Below, piece after piece: positions 63,516 to 64,000 of a DNA stretch of 64,000 nt; the first letter of the stretch is position 1, and the number at the start of each line of letters is the position of its first letter. This DNA comes from Escherichia phage vB_EcoM_PHB05, in the sequence record NC_052652.1; one strand, given 5' to 3'. Position numbers and translations under genes: made by a program. The notes under the pieces are model-generated. The model did not search any database and was not told where the DNA came from. It saw only the letters and a list, made by a program, of their open reading frames with translations.

Positions 63516-64000
63516 TTAGAAACAGTGCAGGAAGTTTCGACCATATTGCAAACCAATAGGAGCAAACGGGATATCATCATCGAAATCTTGAACAACAGGT
63601 TCTGGTTCTTTCGGTGCTGGCTCTTTCTTCTCTACTTTTTTAGTTTCTTTCTTAACTTCTTGTACTGGGGTAGACATTCCACGGATAGCCGCAGCTACTT
63701 TATCAGACAAAGCAAGAACTTCACGAGCAGCTTCAATAATCTCTTCTGCCGTTACAGTTTTACCTGTATGATCACGACAAGCGTTAAGAATTGCGTGTCC
63801 AACTGAAGCACCAAGATCATAGTCAGTCACATCAACACCACGATCTTTAGCAATTTCAGCTTTCAGAGTAACAGTTGCAGATTGTACCACACCAGCCAAA
63901 TCGAAAGCATCACCTTTCACACCAGCACGTAGAAGCTCCAGAGCGCCGTTTACAGCGTGTCCTGTTTCAATCCCTACGGTATCACGTTTTTTGTAGTTAG
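63516..64000 (-). CDS. hypothetical protein, C-terminal part (CDS continues beyond window end)
   Basis: Frame open upstream of annotated start through position 64000; Lys/Glu/Pro-rich linker and DFDDDIPF acidic motif near C-terminus. Confidence 0.4.
   Translation of the reverse strand, partial: NYKKRDTVGIETGHAVNGALELLRAGVKGDAFDLAGVVQSATVTLKAEIAKDRGVDVTDYDLGASVGHAILNACRDHTGKTVTAEEIIEAAREVLALSDKVAAAIRGMSTPVQEVKKETKKVEKKEPAPKEPEPVVQDFDDDIPFAPIGLQYGRNFLHCF

Overview
Tailed-phage genome segment (virulent, myovirus-like architecture), AT-rich, with three blocks. (1) 1-15461, minus strand: nucleotide-metabolism and replication/repair genes (RNR alpha N-terminus, ThyX-like, thymidine kinase, HNH endonuclease, DnaQ-like and FEN-like exonucleases, RdgC-like, MazG-like, DNA ligase) plus a translationally coupled P-loop kinase / RNA-ligase-like / metallophosphoesterase operon. 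(2) 15832-22540, plus strand: ribose-phosphate pyrophosphokinase and nicotinamide phosphoribosyltransferase, then a cluster of about 21 tRNA or tRNA-like genes, several with non-canonical structure. (3) 22600-62300, plus strand: spanin pair, large terminase with an intein-like insertion in the Walker A motif, portal, scaffold, decoration and major capsid proteins, sheath, tube, chaperones with a -1 frameshift site, tape measure, baseplate and several tail fibre/tailspike genes; a perfect 590-bp tandem duplication lies at the tailspike/holin-like junction. The right end (62336-64000, minus strand) carries a DNA methyltransferase cassette flanked by near-identical hairpins. Many sigma70-like promoters and intrinsic terminators are visible. 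All calls rest on manual reading of the sequence and ORF translations; no database search or RNA-folding program was run, and the tRNA boundaries in particular were folded by hand.
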